Position numbers and translations under genes: made by a program. Of a stretch of 64,000 nt of DNA, positions 26,715-39,190 are shown in pieces. Source of the DNA: an uncultured Pseudomonadota bacterium (GTDB taxonomy: Bacteria; Myxococcota_A; Polyangia; Fen-1088); assembly GCA_963779495.1 (NCBI GenBank), contig CAVZYM010000005.1, forward strand, positions 528,241 to 592,240, read 5' to 3'. Position 1 is the first letter of the stretch. Every line of letters starts with the position of its first letter. The notes under the pieces are model-generated. The model had not been told where the DNA came from, made no database searches, and was given only the letters and a program-made list of their open reading frames with translations.

Positions 26715-29700
26715 TTACTCGACGCGCGTCGTCTCGTCGATGACGCTGATGAGCTCGTTCGCGGCGCTCCGGATGGGATCGCCCTTGGGGAGGTCCTGGG
26801 CGGCGCGCTTCGCGAACATGATGGCGCGATCGCGCTCCCCTTTGCGGTACGCGATGCGGGCCTGCCGGAGGAAGGCGTCCGGCAGGGTGATGGGGCCGAC
26901 GACGTGGTTGGCGACGATGAGCCGCAGGACCTTCAAGGCGAGGTCGACGTCCCCGGCGGCCTCGGCGCGTTCGACCAGCACGGCCATGATCTCCCCGTTC
27001 TTCTTGTCGGCGTCGACGGCCCGCGCGAGCGCCGCCAGCTCCCCCTTCTGATCGCCGGCCTGCGCGGCGAGGCGCGCCAGGCGCGCGTGGAGCAGCGCGA
27101 GCGCCGGGGAGGCCATGCCCTTGTGGGCGGCGACGAACGGCTTGAGCAGCTCGGCCGCCTCGGCGAGGGAGCCCATGAGGGCGTGGGCGTCCGACGTCAG
27201 CAACGCCGTTTCCTCGTCGCGCGGGCGAATGGCCACGGCCTCGGTGAGGGCCGCGAGGGCCATCGGGCCGTCGCCGAGCTCCAGCGAGAGCCCGCCCGCG
27301 CGGCGGAGCAGCTGGAAGCGCACGGTCTCGTCCTCCGAGCGGCTCGCGGTCTCGTACAGCAGGGCCGCCAGCTTGCGCTGTTCGCCCGCCCCTTCGTAGA
27401 GGTGCCCGAGCAGATCGATCAGCGCCTGCTGGCCGGGGTCGCCGGCGACGAGCTGCTCGATGGCCGCCATCGCGTCGGGGGTCCGATTCGCGCGCCCCGC
27501 CAGCTCGACCAGCCGGTTGGCCGCGGCGACCTGCGCCTCGCCGCTCGTGAGGCGCATCAGGTGGTAGGTCGCGTCGACGGCGCCCGCGACGTCGCCCTCC
27601 GCCTCCGCGAGGTCGGCGGCCAGCTGCATCGTGTCGGCGTCAGGTTCGCTGCTCTCGAGCACGTCTCCGACGAGCTCGCGCGCGGTCACGACGTCGCCCC
27701 GGCGGCGGGCCAGGTCGGCCAGCTCCAGCGTCACGGCGCGCAGCTCGCCAGGCGAGCCGGCCTTCGCGGCCGCCGCGCGCCACAGCTGAAGTGCGCCCGC
27801 CAGCGTCTCGGCGACGGCGTCGGGCGAGAGGTCGTGAACGCCCCGCAGCACGGCGACGGCGGCGCGGTGATCTCCGCGCGCGCTTTCCAGCTCCGCCAGC
27901 AGGAGCGACAGCGACAGCCGCCGCGCCGGATCCGCTGCGGCGGCGCCCGCCGGCCCCGCGAGGGCGGCGGTCACCTCGGCCACGGCGGCGCTGACGTCAC
28001 CCACGGTGACCAGCGCGCGCGCGAGGCGTTCGACGACCTCCGCGTTCTCGGGCGCGCGCGACCGGGCGAGCTGAAGCAGCGTCGTGGCGCCCGCCGGATC
28101 CGCGAGCTCCGTCTGTCGAAGCGTCGCCGCCTCGAGGAGCCAGGCGAGGGCATCCGCCGCGTCCGTCTCACGAACGGCGCGGTCCGCAAGCAGCTCGGCG
28201 AGCAACGACCAGGACTGCCTGGCCCGATAGAGGCGTTCGAGCTCCTGCGCGATCCCAGCGTCGGCGGGCGCCAGCGCGCGCCCCCGTTCGAGCACGCGCC
28301 GGACGGCCGGCGCGTCGCCGAGCTCGGTCCAGATGGCGGCGATCTCGCGGACCAATCCGGCCGCCTCCGGCCCCGTCTCCAGGGCGAGGAGCTCCTCCAT
28401 GCGCTGGGCGTGCTCGGGCGTCGCTTGCTTCCCCTGCCCTTGCAGCGCGAGGAGCTTCCTGAGCAGATCTCCCCGCCCGCGGGCGATGCCCAGCGCCCGC
28501 TCGTAAAGGGCAGCGGCGCGTTCGGGCTCGGCGCCTTCGAGCCGGGCGCCCAGCTGCAGCGCCGCCTCCGCCACCCCGTTCTGATCGCCGGCCTCGCAGG
28601 CCGCCTCGAACATCTGCTCGAGCAGATCGACGATGTCGCCCGACGCGCCGGTGCGCTCGTAATAGCCCGCCAGCAAGGCGAGGGCCTCGGGGTGCCGCCG
28701 CTCCTCGAGCAGCACGTCGCGCAGGATGTCGGCGGCCGCGGCGTCGCGGTCGTCGGCGGCCAGGAGAACGCGGGCGCGAGACAGACGGAGCTGATTGCGC
28801 TGCGCCACGTCGGGCAGCATCGGCAGCGTCTCTCCCACGACGCGCTCCAACCCGACGCGATCCTGCAGGGCGATGTAGTGCTCGAGCAACGGACGCCAGA
28901 TGGTCTCATCGCCCGGCGAGGCCGACCGCAGCCGTTCGAGGAGCGAGGCGCCCAGGCGGTGATTGCTCGCCCGCGCGGCCCGGCCCGCGAGATCGCGCGC
29001 CAGCGCCGTGAAACGCTCGGGCTCGACGACCTCCGTCTCGGCCGCGCGTTCGAGCGCGCGGGCCGCGCCCTCGAGAATCGCCCGCCGCCCGCCGGCGGGC
29101 AATCAGCTCCAGCGAGGCCCAGGCGGCGTCGCGCCGCCCCGTGGGCTCCTTCACCGCGACCTCCGCCAGCCTCAGCAGCAGAGGTTCGACACGCTCGGAC
29201 TCGCCGAGGGCGACGGCCAGGTCCACCGCCTCGCGGGCCTCGGCCACCGTCACCGAAGGCGTCGCGGCGCGACGTTCGAGATAGTCGAGCAACAGGCGCT
29301 CGTCTCCCGACTTGCGCGCAATCCGTTCGTAGAGAGGGAGGACCTTGACCTGCTCTGTCTGCGGCAGGCCGGCGGCCTCCACCAGCGCCGAGGCCCGATC
29401 GAGGTCGGGGCTCTTCTCCAGGGCGGCGGACAGCTTCGCCACGCCGGCGTCGCGCGTGGTCTCGCGCGGAAGCTCGATGGCCGCGGCCCGGTAGAGCGCC
29501 TCCGCCGCGTCGTCGGCCGTCGCCGCCTCGGCCGCCAGCTCCTCCAGCCGCGCGACGATGCGATCGCACTCGGCGTCGTCGCCGCGCTTGCCGGCCAGCC
29601 GGGCCAGGCCCGAGAGGACGACGAACGACCGGGGCTCGACCTCCTCGGCGCGGCGATGGAGCTCCAGCGCGCGCGCGTCATCCTCGAAGTCGCGCTCGGC

Positions 29701-32700
29701 GATCTCGGCGACCCGCAGCAACAGCGCCGCCGCGACGCCCGTTTCGGCCTTGCGGCGCCGCCGTTCGACCAGCGCCAGCAGCCGATCGGCGAGCGCCTCG
29801 GTCTTCCCCGCCTCGCGTCCCAGCGTGAGCAGAGGCTCGTGGAACGGCACGCGCTCGGGCGCGCCTTCGACGGCCAGGAGCTGCGCCTCGAAGGCTTCGG
29901 CCAGACGACCCTGGCCGCGCAAGCTCTCCGCCAGCTCGGCGTGGACGTCGGCCTGCGCAAGCGTCCCGGCGGTCCGGGCGAGGCGCTTTTCGAAAAGGCG
30001 CCCGAGGACGTCGTGGTCACCGCGCGCGAGCAGCCCTTGCTGGAGACGGCGCGCCTCCTCCGGGTCCTCGATGGCCGCCGCCAGGGCAGACTCGAGCAGC
30101 TCGTCGGCCTCGCCGCCGTCGCCGCGCTTGCGTGCCAGGCCAAACAGCCGCAGCAGAATCTCCGTCGCCGCCAAGGCTGTCGGTCCGCCTCCGTCGACCG
30201 CATCGCCCTCCGCCCGCCGCACGAGCAGCGCGCGGTAGGCGCGCTCGGCCTGCGCGACCGCGCCGGCTTCCTCGGCCACCTCGGCGAGCTGACGCAAGAT
30301 CCCCAGGTTCGAACCGTCCATCGACGACGCCAGCTCCAGCTGTTCGAGCGCGAGAGGAAGGTCCCCCTCCGCGCGCGCCAGCTCGCCGAGGCGTTGGTGG
30401 AGCGCGGCGCGCTTGCGGCTCTTGCGCCAGCCGGCCTGCTCGACGAGGGTGAGCAGCTCTTTCCGGGCGTCCACGCGGCGGTCGGACTGGGCCAAGCCGT
30501 CGGCCAACGCCAGGCGCAGCCCCTCGTCGCGCGGCAACAGGCGCACGGTGCGTTCCAGGACGGGGACCGCACGCGCCAGCATCCCCAGGCGGGTGTAGGT
30601 CTCGGCCGCCTCGCGGGCGCGGGTCACAATCAGCGCCTCGTCGTCGGTGTGCTCGCATCCGTCGGCCAGCACGCGGGCCAGCGGCTCCCAGGCCGCCGCC
30701 TCGCGGTAGAGACCGGCCAGGCGCTCGCGCAGGGCGTCGGCCCGCGGCTCGTCCGCCAGCGCGCGCTCCAGGCAAGCGACGGCGCGGTGGCGCTGGCCGG
30801 CCGCGAGATGAGCGGTCGCCAGCGTGCTGGCAATCTCCGCGCGCGCAGACCCTTCGGTCATGGCGAGGCGTCGTTCGAGCCAGCGCGCCGCCGCGGTCGC
30901 CTCGCCGGCGTCCAGGGCCAGGCGCCCCAGCGCGTCGAACGCCTCGGTGGTGGCATCGAGCTCGGCGACCTGCTCCCAGGCCGCCGCGGCCCGGGGCCGA
31001 TCGCCCAGCGTCTTCTCGGCCAGGCGCGCCAGCTCCGACCACAGCGCGGCCGAGGGGGACGGCTGGCCCTCCTCGGCCAGAATCCGCGCCTGCTGCTCGT
31101 AGACACCGGCCAGCTCCGCCGGCTTGCCCTTCCCCAGCAGGACCTCCGCCAGCCGCTGCACGGTCGCGGCGTGCCCTGGCCGTTCGGCGAGGTTCGCGCG
31201 CAGGACGTCGGGGGCGCTGCTCCGCTGCTCGAGCAGCCCGCCCACCCGAACGATCTCGAGCCGCAGCGCCAGCCGGCGTTCACTGCCCGTCGTCGCTTCC
31301 AGCTCGGCCAGCCGCAGGGACGCGGCATCGGCGAAGCGGCGCTCGCTCTCGTAGAGGCGCGCCAAGGCCTCGCGCGCGACGTCGTCGGCCGGCGCCTCCT
31401 CGTGCAGCGAGCGCCAAATCCGGACGGCGCCCGCCACGTCGGCGAGAGGGCCTTCGGTCAGCTCCGCCGCGCGGCGCAGCCAGCCCCGGCGGGTCTCGGT
31501 GGCGGCGGGCAGGCGCGCGCCCTCGAGCAGCAACGCGGTCGCGCGGCGCAGGCGGTCGGGCCCGCCCGCGGCGACGTGCAGACGAACGCTCTCGTCGATC
31601 GCGTGCGTCGCGGCCTCGACGGCCGCGCCCGCGGCGGGTCCGCCCAGGTGCGCCAGGCGCAGGGCGCGCTCGGCGAGACGCCCCAGGAAATCCAGGGCCA
31701 ACCGCTCGTCGGACCTGGCCATCGCCACGCCCGCCGCCTCCCTCAAGAACTCGAGGTCGTTCGGTTGCTCGACCGAGAGCCGCTCGAGCGTTTCGAGCAG
31801 CCCGTCGGCGCCACGCGCGCGCTGAAGCTCGGCACGCTGCCTCAGCGTCGGCACGTGGCCCGGCTCGGCGGAGAGCGCCCGGGCCAGCGCCGCGTCGGCC
31901 GCCGCTGCGTCCTGGCAGTCCATCAGAGTGGCGGCGACGCGCGCGTGAAGCTCGCGGCGCGCGCCCGGTTCCAGGTCGCCCGCCTGATCGACGGCGCGGG
32001 CCAGGGCGGCCGCGGCCGCCGGCAGCTTCCCGGCCTCGCGCGACAGCGACTCGAAGAGGGGAAGCAGCACGGTCTCGCGCGTCGACGGTGACACCGCGGC
32101 GTCGACGATCAGGCCGGCGGCCGCCGTCAGATCGCCCATACGGACGGCGACCCCCAGCAGGCGGCGTCGCGGCCCGAGGCGTTCCGGCGTGATCGCGAGC
32201 GCGGCTTCGTAGCAGGCGCGCGCGCCCACCATGTCGGCCACGTGCTCCTCGAGCAACGTGCCGCGGCGCTCATGAAGGTGGGCGAGCGGCAGCGGCGGTA
32301 GACCGCCGACGTCGATGGCCGCCGCCAGCGCGTCGGCCGCGCGGGCATGGCCGCCCGTCGCCTCGGCCAACCGCAGGACCTCCCGCTCGAGAGCGAGGCT
32401 CCGGCCCGCGAGGGGCAGCGCCTGGCACAACCACTCGAAGGCACGCGCGCGATCGGACGCCCGCTCCTCCGCCAGCGCGGCCGACTCTTCCAGCAGCCGC
32501 GCGCGCGCGTCCGCCGACTGCAGCGCCGCCAGCCGGTGCGGGACCAGATCCAGCAGCAGCTGCCAGGCGTCCGTCCGCTCCGCCGCCCGGTAGAGCGGCT
32601 CTGACGCCAACGGGGCCAGGCTCGCATCGGCCAGCAGGGCCGTCAGGCCTGCCCGCGCGCCCTCGTGGGCGGGCTCGACCTCCAGCGCGCGCCCGTACCA

Positions 32701-34613
32701 CACGATCGCCCCGCGGGCGTCGTCCAGCCGTTCGCGCAGCGTGTCGCCGAGGCGCGCGAGACGGTCGGCGTGCACGCGCCGGTCCACACCCGCGCGCTGC
32801 CCGAGAAGCTCGCCCAGCTCCGCGAAGCGCCCGCTCTCCGCGTACAGACCGACGAGCGCGTCCACGCTCTCCGCGTCCTCGCCGAACCGGGTCGCGATCT
32901 CGCGCCAGGCCTCCACGGCGCACGGCAGGTCCCGCGTCCGGGTGTGGGCCAGGGTCGCGATCTCGACGAGGTCCGCACGCACCTGGTGCGCGCCGGGCGA
33001 GGAGCCGACCCGCCTGCGCAGCAAATCAATCAGCGCCGGCCAGCGTTCGCCCTCGATCAGCAGCGTGCGAATCGCCGCCAGCGCCTCGGCGTCGGCCGGA
33101 TCGACGGCGAGACGGCCCTGCCACGAAGCGATCGCGCGGTCGAGGTCGCCGCGCTCGCGCGCCAGCTTCGCCACCAGCGCCCAGACGATCCGCTTGTCCG
33201 CGGTCTTGGGCTCGAGGGCGGCCAACCGTTCGAGGACGTCCAGCCGCTTCTCCGTCTCGTCCAGCTCGTGGTGGAGCTCCTCCAGCCGGCGCAGCGCCTC
33301 GAGCTTGATCTCCAGGGAAGCGGCAGCTTCGGCCGCCGCCGCGGCGAACAGGGCAGCCGCCTCGGCCTTGTGCCCAAGCTGGCGGTCCTCGACCCGCGCG
33401 GCGCGCATGATCAGCTCGACACGTCGTTCGTCCGCCGCGCACGCGCGCGCCGCGATCGCCAGCCCCCGGGCCAGGCCGGCCCGATCTCCGCTCAGCTCGG
33501 CGAGCTGGCGCAGGCGGTCCTCAATCTCGCGGTCCTCGGGCGCCAGGGCCACCAGGGCGACGTACTGCTCCAGCGCGCCGGCAAGATCGCCCAGGGAGCG
33601 AAGCCGCTCACCGCACTCTCGCCGCAGCGCCTGGTGACGCTCCCCCGTCGAGAAACCGATCGCCACCGCCAGCAGCTCGGGCATGTGCGTCGCGCGCCCG
33701 GCCGCGTCCAGACGGCCGCGAAGCGCGTCCAGCGCGGTCAGGCGCGTCTCGGCCGACCCCCGCTGGTCGACGAAGACCTGTTCCAGCCGCTCGGCGAGGG
33801 CCGCGTCCACCGCGGGCCCGCCCAGCAAGGGGCGGAGCACCGCCAGGGCGTCATCTGGTTGGCCCAGCTCCGTGTGCAGCGTCCCGGCCAGACGCAAGCG
33901 TTGCTCGCGGGCCTCTTCGCCGGTGAGCCCCTCGAGGCGAAGGCGCCAGACGGCGCAGAGCTCGCTCCAGCGCCGATCGCGCTCCAGCAGCCGCTCCAGC
34001 GAGGACGCGACCTGGGCGTCCGTGGGGCGCATGCGGAACAACGTGTCGAGGTACCCGATGGCACGCCCGGGATCGCGCGTGAAGTCCTTCGCGATCCGGG
34101 CCGCCTCCCCCAGCAGCTCGGCGCGCCGTTCGTCCCCCCGCCCGGCCGCGAGGCGGGCATCGTAGCTGTCGAGGACGTCACCCCAGCGCTCGGCCATCGT
34201 CAGCGCGACGACCAGCGGCCGAAAGGCCCAGTCGGAATCGGGCGCCGCCGAGAGCACCGTCCGCAGGACGTCGATCGACTCGGGCGCGTTCTCGCCGAAG
34301 CAGTCCGCCGCGAACCGGGCGGCGCGGCGCGCCAGGATCTCGTGCAGGGGCCTGGGCAGATCTCTCCCCAGCTGGGCCCGATAAAACTCCAGCAGGCCGC
34401 GCGCCTGCGCCTCGTTGGCCGCGACCGTCTCCTCCAGGCGGCTCCAGGGCGCCTCGTTGCCGGGCTGCCGGATCGCGTCGTTCAGCGCCTCGTCGAACGC
34501 CTCGTCGACCACCGTCGCTTGGGCCGCGGCCGGGGCCTGAACCCGCGCCTCGACCTGACCTGACCCCGACCCGCGCAACTCGATCCGACCCGTGGCACGC
34601 TTTGCAGCCATCA
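26715..34613 (-). CDS. Giant (~2,630 aa) TPR/alpha-solenoid repeat protein; single gene split by an apparent frameshift near 29100
   Basis: ORFs 28906..35259 and 26715..29102 overlap in adjacent frames within a GC run (cgccggcgggcggcgggcg). Both are Ala/Leu/Arg/Glu-rich helical repeats with recurring GDxxxA...LxRA TPR-like periodicity. True start is ATGATG at 34613 (GGAG SD), because upstream codons are antisense to a real plus-strand lipoprotein gene. Confidence 0.7.
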
Positions 34614-34705
34614 TTTGCTCCTTGGGGAGCCACGGGAATCGGCCGATCCGGCTCAGTCGTTTAGCCCTATCTGTAGATAGGGTCGGTTCCGCTACACTCG
34701 CGCAC

Positions 34706-35251
34706 ATGAGGGTGCGGAATCCGGGGGCGGCTATCTTCTTGCTGACGACGGTGGCGGGGAGCTGCGCGCACCAGGCGCCGTCGACGCCTTCCGCCGATCC
34801 GTACGTCGCGACCGGCGTCGCGGCGATCGACGCGTGGATCGATCGCATTCCCATCTGCGCGCCGGCGACCGAGATGAAGCTGGCGCTGTATTCGCCGGAC
34901 GCGACCTTCGTCAAGGTCCGCGGCCCGCTCACGCTGGCGACGAACCCCGCGTGCACGAGCAAGCCCTGCGTCGGTGAGTGCTGCAAAAGCTGCACGCCCA
35001 CCTGGGTCGTGGTCCCGGACTGGACCGAAGGGCCGGCTCGCGAGCTCGCCCTCCAGAAGTCGGGCACGGAGCAGCCGATGGCGGCCAGCGTGAAGGACTG
35101 CAAGCTGCCCGAGGTGCGTGAGCGGATTCGCAAGCCCAACGTCGTCGTCAGCGGCTGGCTCGAGAACGATCCCGTGCAACCGAAGATCGTCCGCGCGTCG
35201 ATCTGCGTGGTGAAGCCGCCGCCCGCGCCGCCGCAGCCGCTCGAAAAATAG
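34706..35251 (+). CDS. Hypothetical Cys-rich lipoprotein
   Basis: Internal Met MRVRNPGAAIFLLTTVAGSC (signal plus lipobox). Diverse composition with CxxC (CVGECCKSC). Confidence 0.5.
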   Translation: MRVRNPGAAIFLLTTVAGSCAHQAPSTPSADPYVATGVAAIDAWIDRIPICAPATEMKLALYSPDATFVKVRGPLTLATNPACTSKPCVGECCKSCTPTWVVVPDWTEGPARELALQKSGTEQPMAASVKDCKLPEVRERIRKPNVVVSGWLENDPVQPKIVRASICVVKPPPAPPQPLEK

Positions 35252-35307
35252 CGCGACATCCGCGTCAGGCGGCGTTCGGTGACGGCGCGTGCGGGCGCCG
35301 TCGCCGA

Positions 35308-35844
35308 TCACGCCCGCCAATGGGCGCCGAACGATCTGTTCATCGCGAGCACCACGGCCCACCCGACCAGCACGCCGACGGTGACGTCGCTGGCGTAGTG
35401 AACGCCCAGGTACACGCGCGTGGCGGCGACGAGCAGAGGGACGAGGAGGGCGAGCCAGCGCGCGGTGCGGCTTTCGAGCTGCTCGCGCAGCAGCGTGTAG
35501 GCGCAGGCCGCCAGCGCCGCGTGGTGGCTGGGGAAGGACCAGCCGTGCACCCGCGCCAGCCAGAAGCTCTCGTCCGGGCGGTGGCGGTGCGTGACCGCCT
35601 TGAGCACCACCACGAGGGTGCCCGTCACCATCCAGCTCACCACCGCCACCAGAGCGGCCCTCCGATCGCCGCGCCAGGAAGCGGCCAGCGCCAGCGCGAT
35701 GACCACCAGCAGGGTGACGCGCCACGAGCCCAGCTCGGTGAGCCCCCGGACGATGCCGGTGACGAACGGCGCGCGCAGCTCGACGGCGAACCGCGTGACC
35801 GCGTCGTCGAGGCCGGCGATGCCGTGCGCGAGTTGCGAATCCAT
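35308..35844 (-). CDS. PAP2-family phosphatase (phosphatidic acid phosphatase type 2 / undecaprenyl-diphosphatase-like)
   Basis: PAP2 motifs KAVTHRHRP (KxxxxxxRP), PSHH (PSGH), TRVYLGVHYASD (SRxxxxxHxxxD). Multiple TM helices. Confidence 0.8.
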   Translation of the reverse strand: MDSQLAHGIAGLDDAVTRFAVELRAPFVTGIVRGLTELGSWRVTLLVVIALALAASWRGDRRAALVAVVSWMVTGTLVVVLKAVTHRHRPDESFWLARVHGWSFPSHHAALAACAYTLLREQLESRTARWLALLVPLLVAATRVYLGVHYASDVTVGVLVGWAVVLAMNRSFGAHWRA

Positions 35845-35853
35845 CGGATTTGA

Positions 35854-36375
35854 ATGTGCGCCCTATACTGGGGCGCCGTGAGGAGCCTGCTCGTCGTCGC
35901 AATCGGGGTCGTGCTGGGGTGCGCGCACGCGACCTCACCCCCGCCGCCGCCCTCCTCGCCCAGCCGGTTGCTGGGGGAGGCCCTGCCGGCGTTTCGCCGT
36001 CCCACGCTGCAGGGCGGGGCCTTCGACACCAGCGAGGCCTCGGGTCGGGTACTGGTCGTCGACTTCTTCGCGGACTATTGCCGCCCCTGCCAGCGGACAC
36101 TCCCCGCGCTGGAGGCCCTGCACCGCGCCCACCCAGAGCTGGCGATCGTCGGGGTCTCTCTGGACGACGACGCGCGGGGCGCCGCGAAGGCGATTGGCCG
36201 GCACAAGCTGACGTTCCCGGTGGTGCACGACAGCGGCAACGTGCTGGCCGGGCGCTTCCGGGTGACCGAGCTGCCGTGTGCGTTCGTGGTCGGCGGCGAC
36301 GGCCGGATCCGCTGGGTCGCCGGACCGGGGCAACCCGACGACGCGCTCGGCCGCGCGGCTTTGACGACGCCCTGA
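35854..36375 (+). CDS. TlpA-like thiol:disulfide oxidoreductase (thioredoxin/redoxin fold)
   Basis: N-terminal hydrophobic anchor (VVAIGVVLGCAHATSPPPPPSSP, possible lipobox LGC), CRPC active site (FFADYCRPCQ), typical ~170 aa length. Confidence 0.8.
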   Translation: MCALYWGAVRSLLVVAIGVVLGCAHATSPPPPPSSPSRLLGEALPAFRRPTLQGGAFDTSEASGRVLVVDFFADYCRPCQRTLPALEALHRAHPELAIVGVSLDDDARGAAKAIGRHKLTFPVVHDSGNVLAGRFRVTELPCAFVVGGDGRIRWVAGPGQPDDALGRAALTTP

Positions 36376-36436
36376 GGCCCCCAAGGGCCCCGACGGCCTC
36401 AGGCCCGGCGCCGAATCCGACGACATGTAGACCCGA

Positions 36437-37721
36437 CATGGGTGGGACAACCGCGCGTCTGGGGTGGTGGGGTATCTGGGTCGGGGCGCTGGCCGCGGCG
36501 TGCGCCGCGGAGTCCCCGGGAATGCGGGCGAGCGGGCTCTTGCCGCGGGCTCCGGCGGAGGGGGGGCGATGCCGCGTGGCCGCGAGCCAGTCCACCCCGC
36601 TGGTGACGGAATGGCCCGCCTCCGAGAAGGCGAACCTCGAGGTCCTGTTGCGCACGGGGGCGGTCGCCGTGGCCTATTCGGGGTGCAGCATGCGGGTGCT
36701 GCCGGAGTGCCGCGTGCGCGGCGTCTACCAGTGGACGCGCACGACGCCTTCGACCGATTCGCTGGAGATCAACGACGCCGACGAGCTGTTCGCGAAGCTT
36801 CCGCTCGGCGCCCCTTCGCTCGAAGGTGAGCTGAAACGGTCGGGCAAGCTGTCGGTTCAGACGATGGTGTCGGGCCAGCTGCGCCTCGACGGTGCCGCGC
36901 CCGGCGACATCCCCAAGGAGGGCCCGTGCGCGCAGGCGACGCACGTGGTCTCCGCGCTGTCGCTGGGGGCGTTCGCGCTGAAGGCGGGCGGCTCACGGAA
37001 CGCGAGCGCCGGCGTCAGCTTCGGTGGGATCGGTGAGGCGGGCGTGAAGCGCGACCGTTCGGCCGACCTGCTGCGGTCCGCGGGCGACTTCGATAGCTGC
37101 GGCCAGAGCAACGCGCAGGGCCCCCACGCCAACTGCGCGTCGCCCATCCAGGCTTTCCTCTCGCCCATCCCCGGGCGCACCGAGGAGGAAGGGCCGCCGG
37201 GAACGACGAAGGTCGACTTCGTGTCGGCCAATCCCTCCAGCCGCTGGGACGTCTACGCCGATGACAAGGTGATCTGCACGACCCCCTGCACCCAGTGGGT
37301 CAGCGCCGAACGGCCGGTGATGCTGCGCGCCCGCGAAGAGGCGTTCCTGGCGGCGCCGGACAAGGTGCAGGTCCCGAACCTGCTCGCGCACGGCGGTGGG
37401 CACCTGCAGCTTCAGGCGCACCCGACCTCGCGGGGCAAGCTGGCCGCCGGCATCACCTTCACTGCCTTCTCGGGCATGGCGGTGCTCGCCGGCGTCACGC
37501 TCACCTCCGTCGGCTGCCTGGCCGACAGAGGGGACGGGCTCTGCGTCGGCGGCGTGATCACGCTGGCGGCAGGAGCCCCCCTGCTGGCGGGGAGCATCTG
37601 GCTGATCTTCGATTCGATGCCGAAGGCCGAGCTCGTCCCGCACGACGGCGGGACGCTTTACGTCCGCGCGCCCAGACCGCGGTTGCTCTGGGGGCCGGGC
37701 TTCGTCTCCGGGACCTTCTAG
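36437..37721 (+). CDS. Hypothetical secreted protein with C-terminal transmembrane helices
   Basis: Start MGGTTARLGWWGIWVGALAAACAAE (signal). The 623-aa ORF 35850..37721 is split because its 5' part is out of frame with the thioredoxin gene. Confidence 0.5.
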
Positions 37722-38052
37722 CCGCCCTGTCGCCGCGCCATCGCCACGGCGCGTCGCCGCAAGTCCCTGACACTACGGCGGAATCACGAGACATCGCACC
37801 GGGGATGCGGTCCGTTCGCGCCCCGGCACCGTGAGCACCCGCCGCCGGTCGCCGCCCGGGCGCGGCCTCCGCGCGGCGATGCGATCCGCCCCCCAGCGCG
37901 CGGGAATACTCTGTGACGTGCGGTGTCTTTTCTGACCTCGTTTTTCGGGTTGAGGACACTAAGCGCGTGGGTGCGACAGTACTAAGTGATGTCTGTGTTG
38001 GCGCTTCGGTTCGTGTTGGCGATCGGACGAAGAATCTGGTCGGATCGGCGGG

Positions 38053-39190
38053 GTGAAGCAGCACGTGAGTGAGCGGGGGAACGAGGACAGCGTCAGCGCG
38101 ATCGGCGCGGGCACGATGCTCGGCAAGTATCGCGTCGTACGCCTCATCGGCGCCGGCGCCATGGGGGCGGTTTACGAGGGCGCGGACGACGCCGGTCAGG
38201 GCGTGGCGATGAAGGTCCTCGGTCGCCGCTTCGCCACGGTGCCCAAGGCCCGCGAAAGATTTTTGCGCGAGGCGCAGATCGCGATCCGCGTGCGCCACCC
38301 CAACATCGTCGACGTGACCGAGGCGGTCGACGAAGGCGAACACGCCTATCTGGTGATGGAGCTGCTGCGCGGTGAGGATCTCGCGCAACGGCTCGAACGT
38401 TCGGGGTCGATCCCGGCGCACGAGGCGGTGGATATCCTGCTTCCCCTCTGCGACGCGATCGCGGCTGCGCATCAGGCAGGCGTCACCCACCGCGACCTCA
38501 AGCCTCAGAACATCTTCCTCGCGACGGGCCAAGGGGCGCAGGAGACGCAAGCGCCGCAGCCCAAGGTCCTCGACTTCGGGATCTCGATCGTGGAGGGGTC
38601 CGATGGGACCAAGGGCGGCGCCCTCGTCGGGTCCCCCTGCTACCTCGCCCCCGAGCAGGTCGTGAGCAGCGGCTCGGCGGGGCCGGCGAGCAATCAGTAT
38701 TCGCTCGGCGTGATCGCCTACGAGTGCCTGACGGGCCAGCGCCCCTTCGATGGCGACAGCCTCGACGCCGTGCTGCAGGCCATCACCGCGGGTGCGCCGC
38801 GGCCCCCCCGCGCCCTGCAACCGGCGCTTCCCGCCGAGCTCGAGGCCGTCGTCCTGCGGGCCATGAGCCTCGAGCCGTCCCAGCGATTCGCCTCGGTGAC
38901 CGACCTCGGGCGAGCCCTGCGGCCGTTTGCATCGCAGAAGACCGATGGCGCGGCCGCGACCGTGGACCAGCGAGGGTCGTCGGATCCGGAGCTGCGTTCG
39001 GCCCGGAAGCGGCGGCCCACGTCGCCCGCGATCGAGGTGGAGGCGGCGACGCGCAGCCCGTTCGTACGGACCCTGCCGCCCGAGAACCCCGACATGGCGG
39101 CGGCGGCGGACGAGGTTTCGGAGGCGCTCGACGACCATGCCGCCGTGCTGTCCCTGAGACGGGCGAGCCTCACCGAATCGCTTCGCCTCG
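38053..39190 (+). CDS. Eukaryotic-like Ser/Thr protein kinase (catalytic domain plus linker); 3' end unresolved, probably continues by frameshift into 39191..40876
   Basis: Hanks motifs: GAGAMGAVY, VAMK, HRDLKPQN, DFG, APE. Frame 1 has no stop until 43152 but becomes Arg/Gly-rich junk after ~39150, so a frame change is required. Confidence 0.75.

Noticed and set aside
26580-29569. 922-aa (+) and 532-aa (-) ORFs across the giant TPR gene
   Set aside because: Off-frame or antisense reads of the TPR repeat gene. Composition is diagnostic (R/G/P-rich).
35850-37721. 623-aa ORF as one gene
   Set aside because: The first ~190 codons are out of frame with the real thioredoxin gene (35854..36375). 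The secreted protein starts at an internal Met (36437).
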